Source: Lama glama
Lineage: Eukaryota
Direction: 5' to 3'
DNA length: 64,000 nt
NCBI GenBank assembly: GCA_028534125.1
Contig: CM052817.1
Location: 29,142,001-29,206,000, forward strand
The first letter of the stretch is position 1. Each line of letters starts with the position of its first letter. Under the pieces are notes generated by a model. The model searched no databases. It had not been told where the DNA came from and saw only the letters and a program-made list of their open reading frames with translations. A program made the position numbers and the translations under genes. Positions 63,707 to 64,000 of the stretch are shown piece by piece.

Positions 63707-64000
63707 GTAAGTATTTTCCTAGGTTACTGTGTCCACCCTACGAGACAGAACTCTGAGCACTGAGTAAGAACCCATTAGTAGGATTTACGGGGGATTTTCA
63801 TCATCCTAGTGGAACACCCATTATCCATTGCGCCATGTATATTCATCTTAAAGTGTTTAAACCACTTGTGAGTTTTTGTTTATTTATTTATTTTAAAAAA
63901 ATTCCTTAGTTGAATGAAAGAGTCTTTAAATTCTACACTGCTTTACACTTGTCAAAAGTTTCACACATGTGATTTCATATAATCCCATAATAACCCTTCC

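Overview
AT-rich mammalian genomic DNA, most likely camelid (alpaca/llama/camel), judged from two copies of a short tRNA-derived SINE I recognise as camelid-type. It is dominated by ancient and lineage-specific transposable elements: L1, L2, MIR, MaLR/MLT1 LTRs, class III ERV relics, Tigger-type and hAT DNA elements. No intact protein-coding gene is visible, and the supplied ORFs appear to be chance or TE-derived. The window looks like intronic sequence of a large + strand transcription unit: most L1s are antisense, and two good internal-exon candidates lie at 27381-27478 and 63650-63706, but I cannot name the gene. Best-supported non-trivial observations: (1) an ancient alpha-tubulin (TUBA1B-like) processed pseudogene split by a MER44 transposon that itself carries a nested Tigger2-type MITE; (2) a class III ERV relic whose LTR-PBS(Arg)-leader faces opposite to its protease/RT segment, with a rearranged L1 at the junction; (3) a degenerate ~39-bp tandem array apparently built from the MIR core; (4) a decayed two-LTR ERV-L provirus. 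I see no evidence of a new biological system. Repeat family names come from memory of consensus sequences, and most repeat boundaries are approximate.
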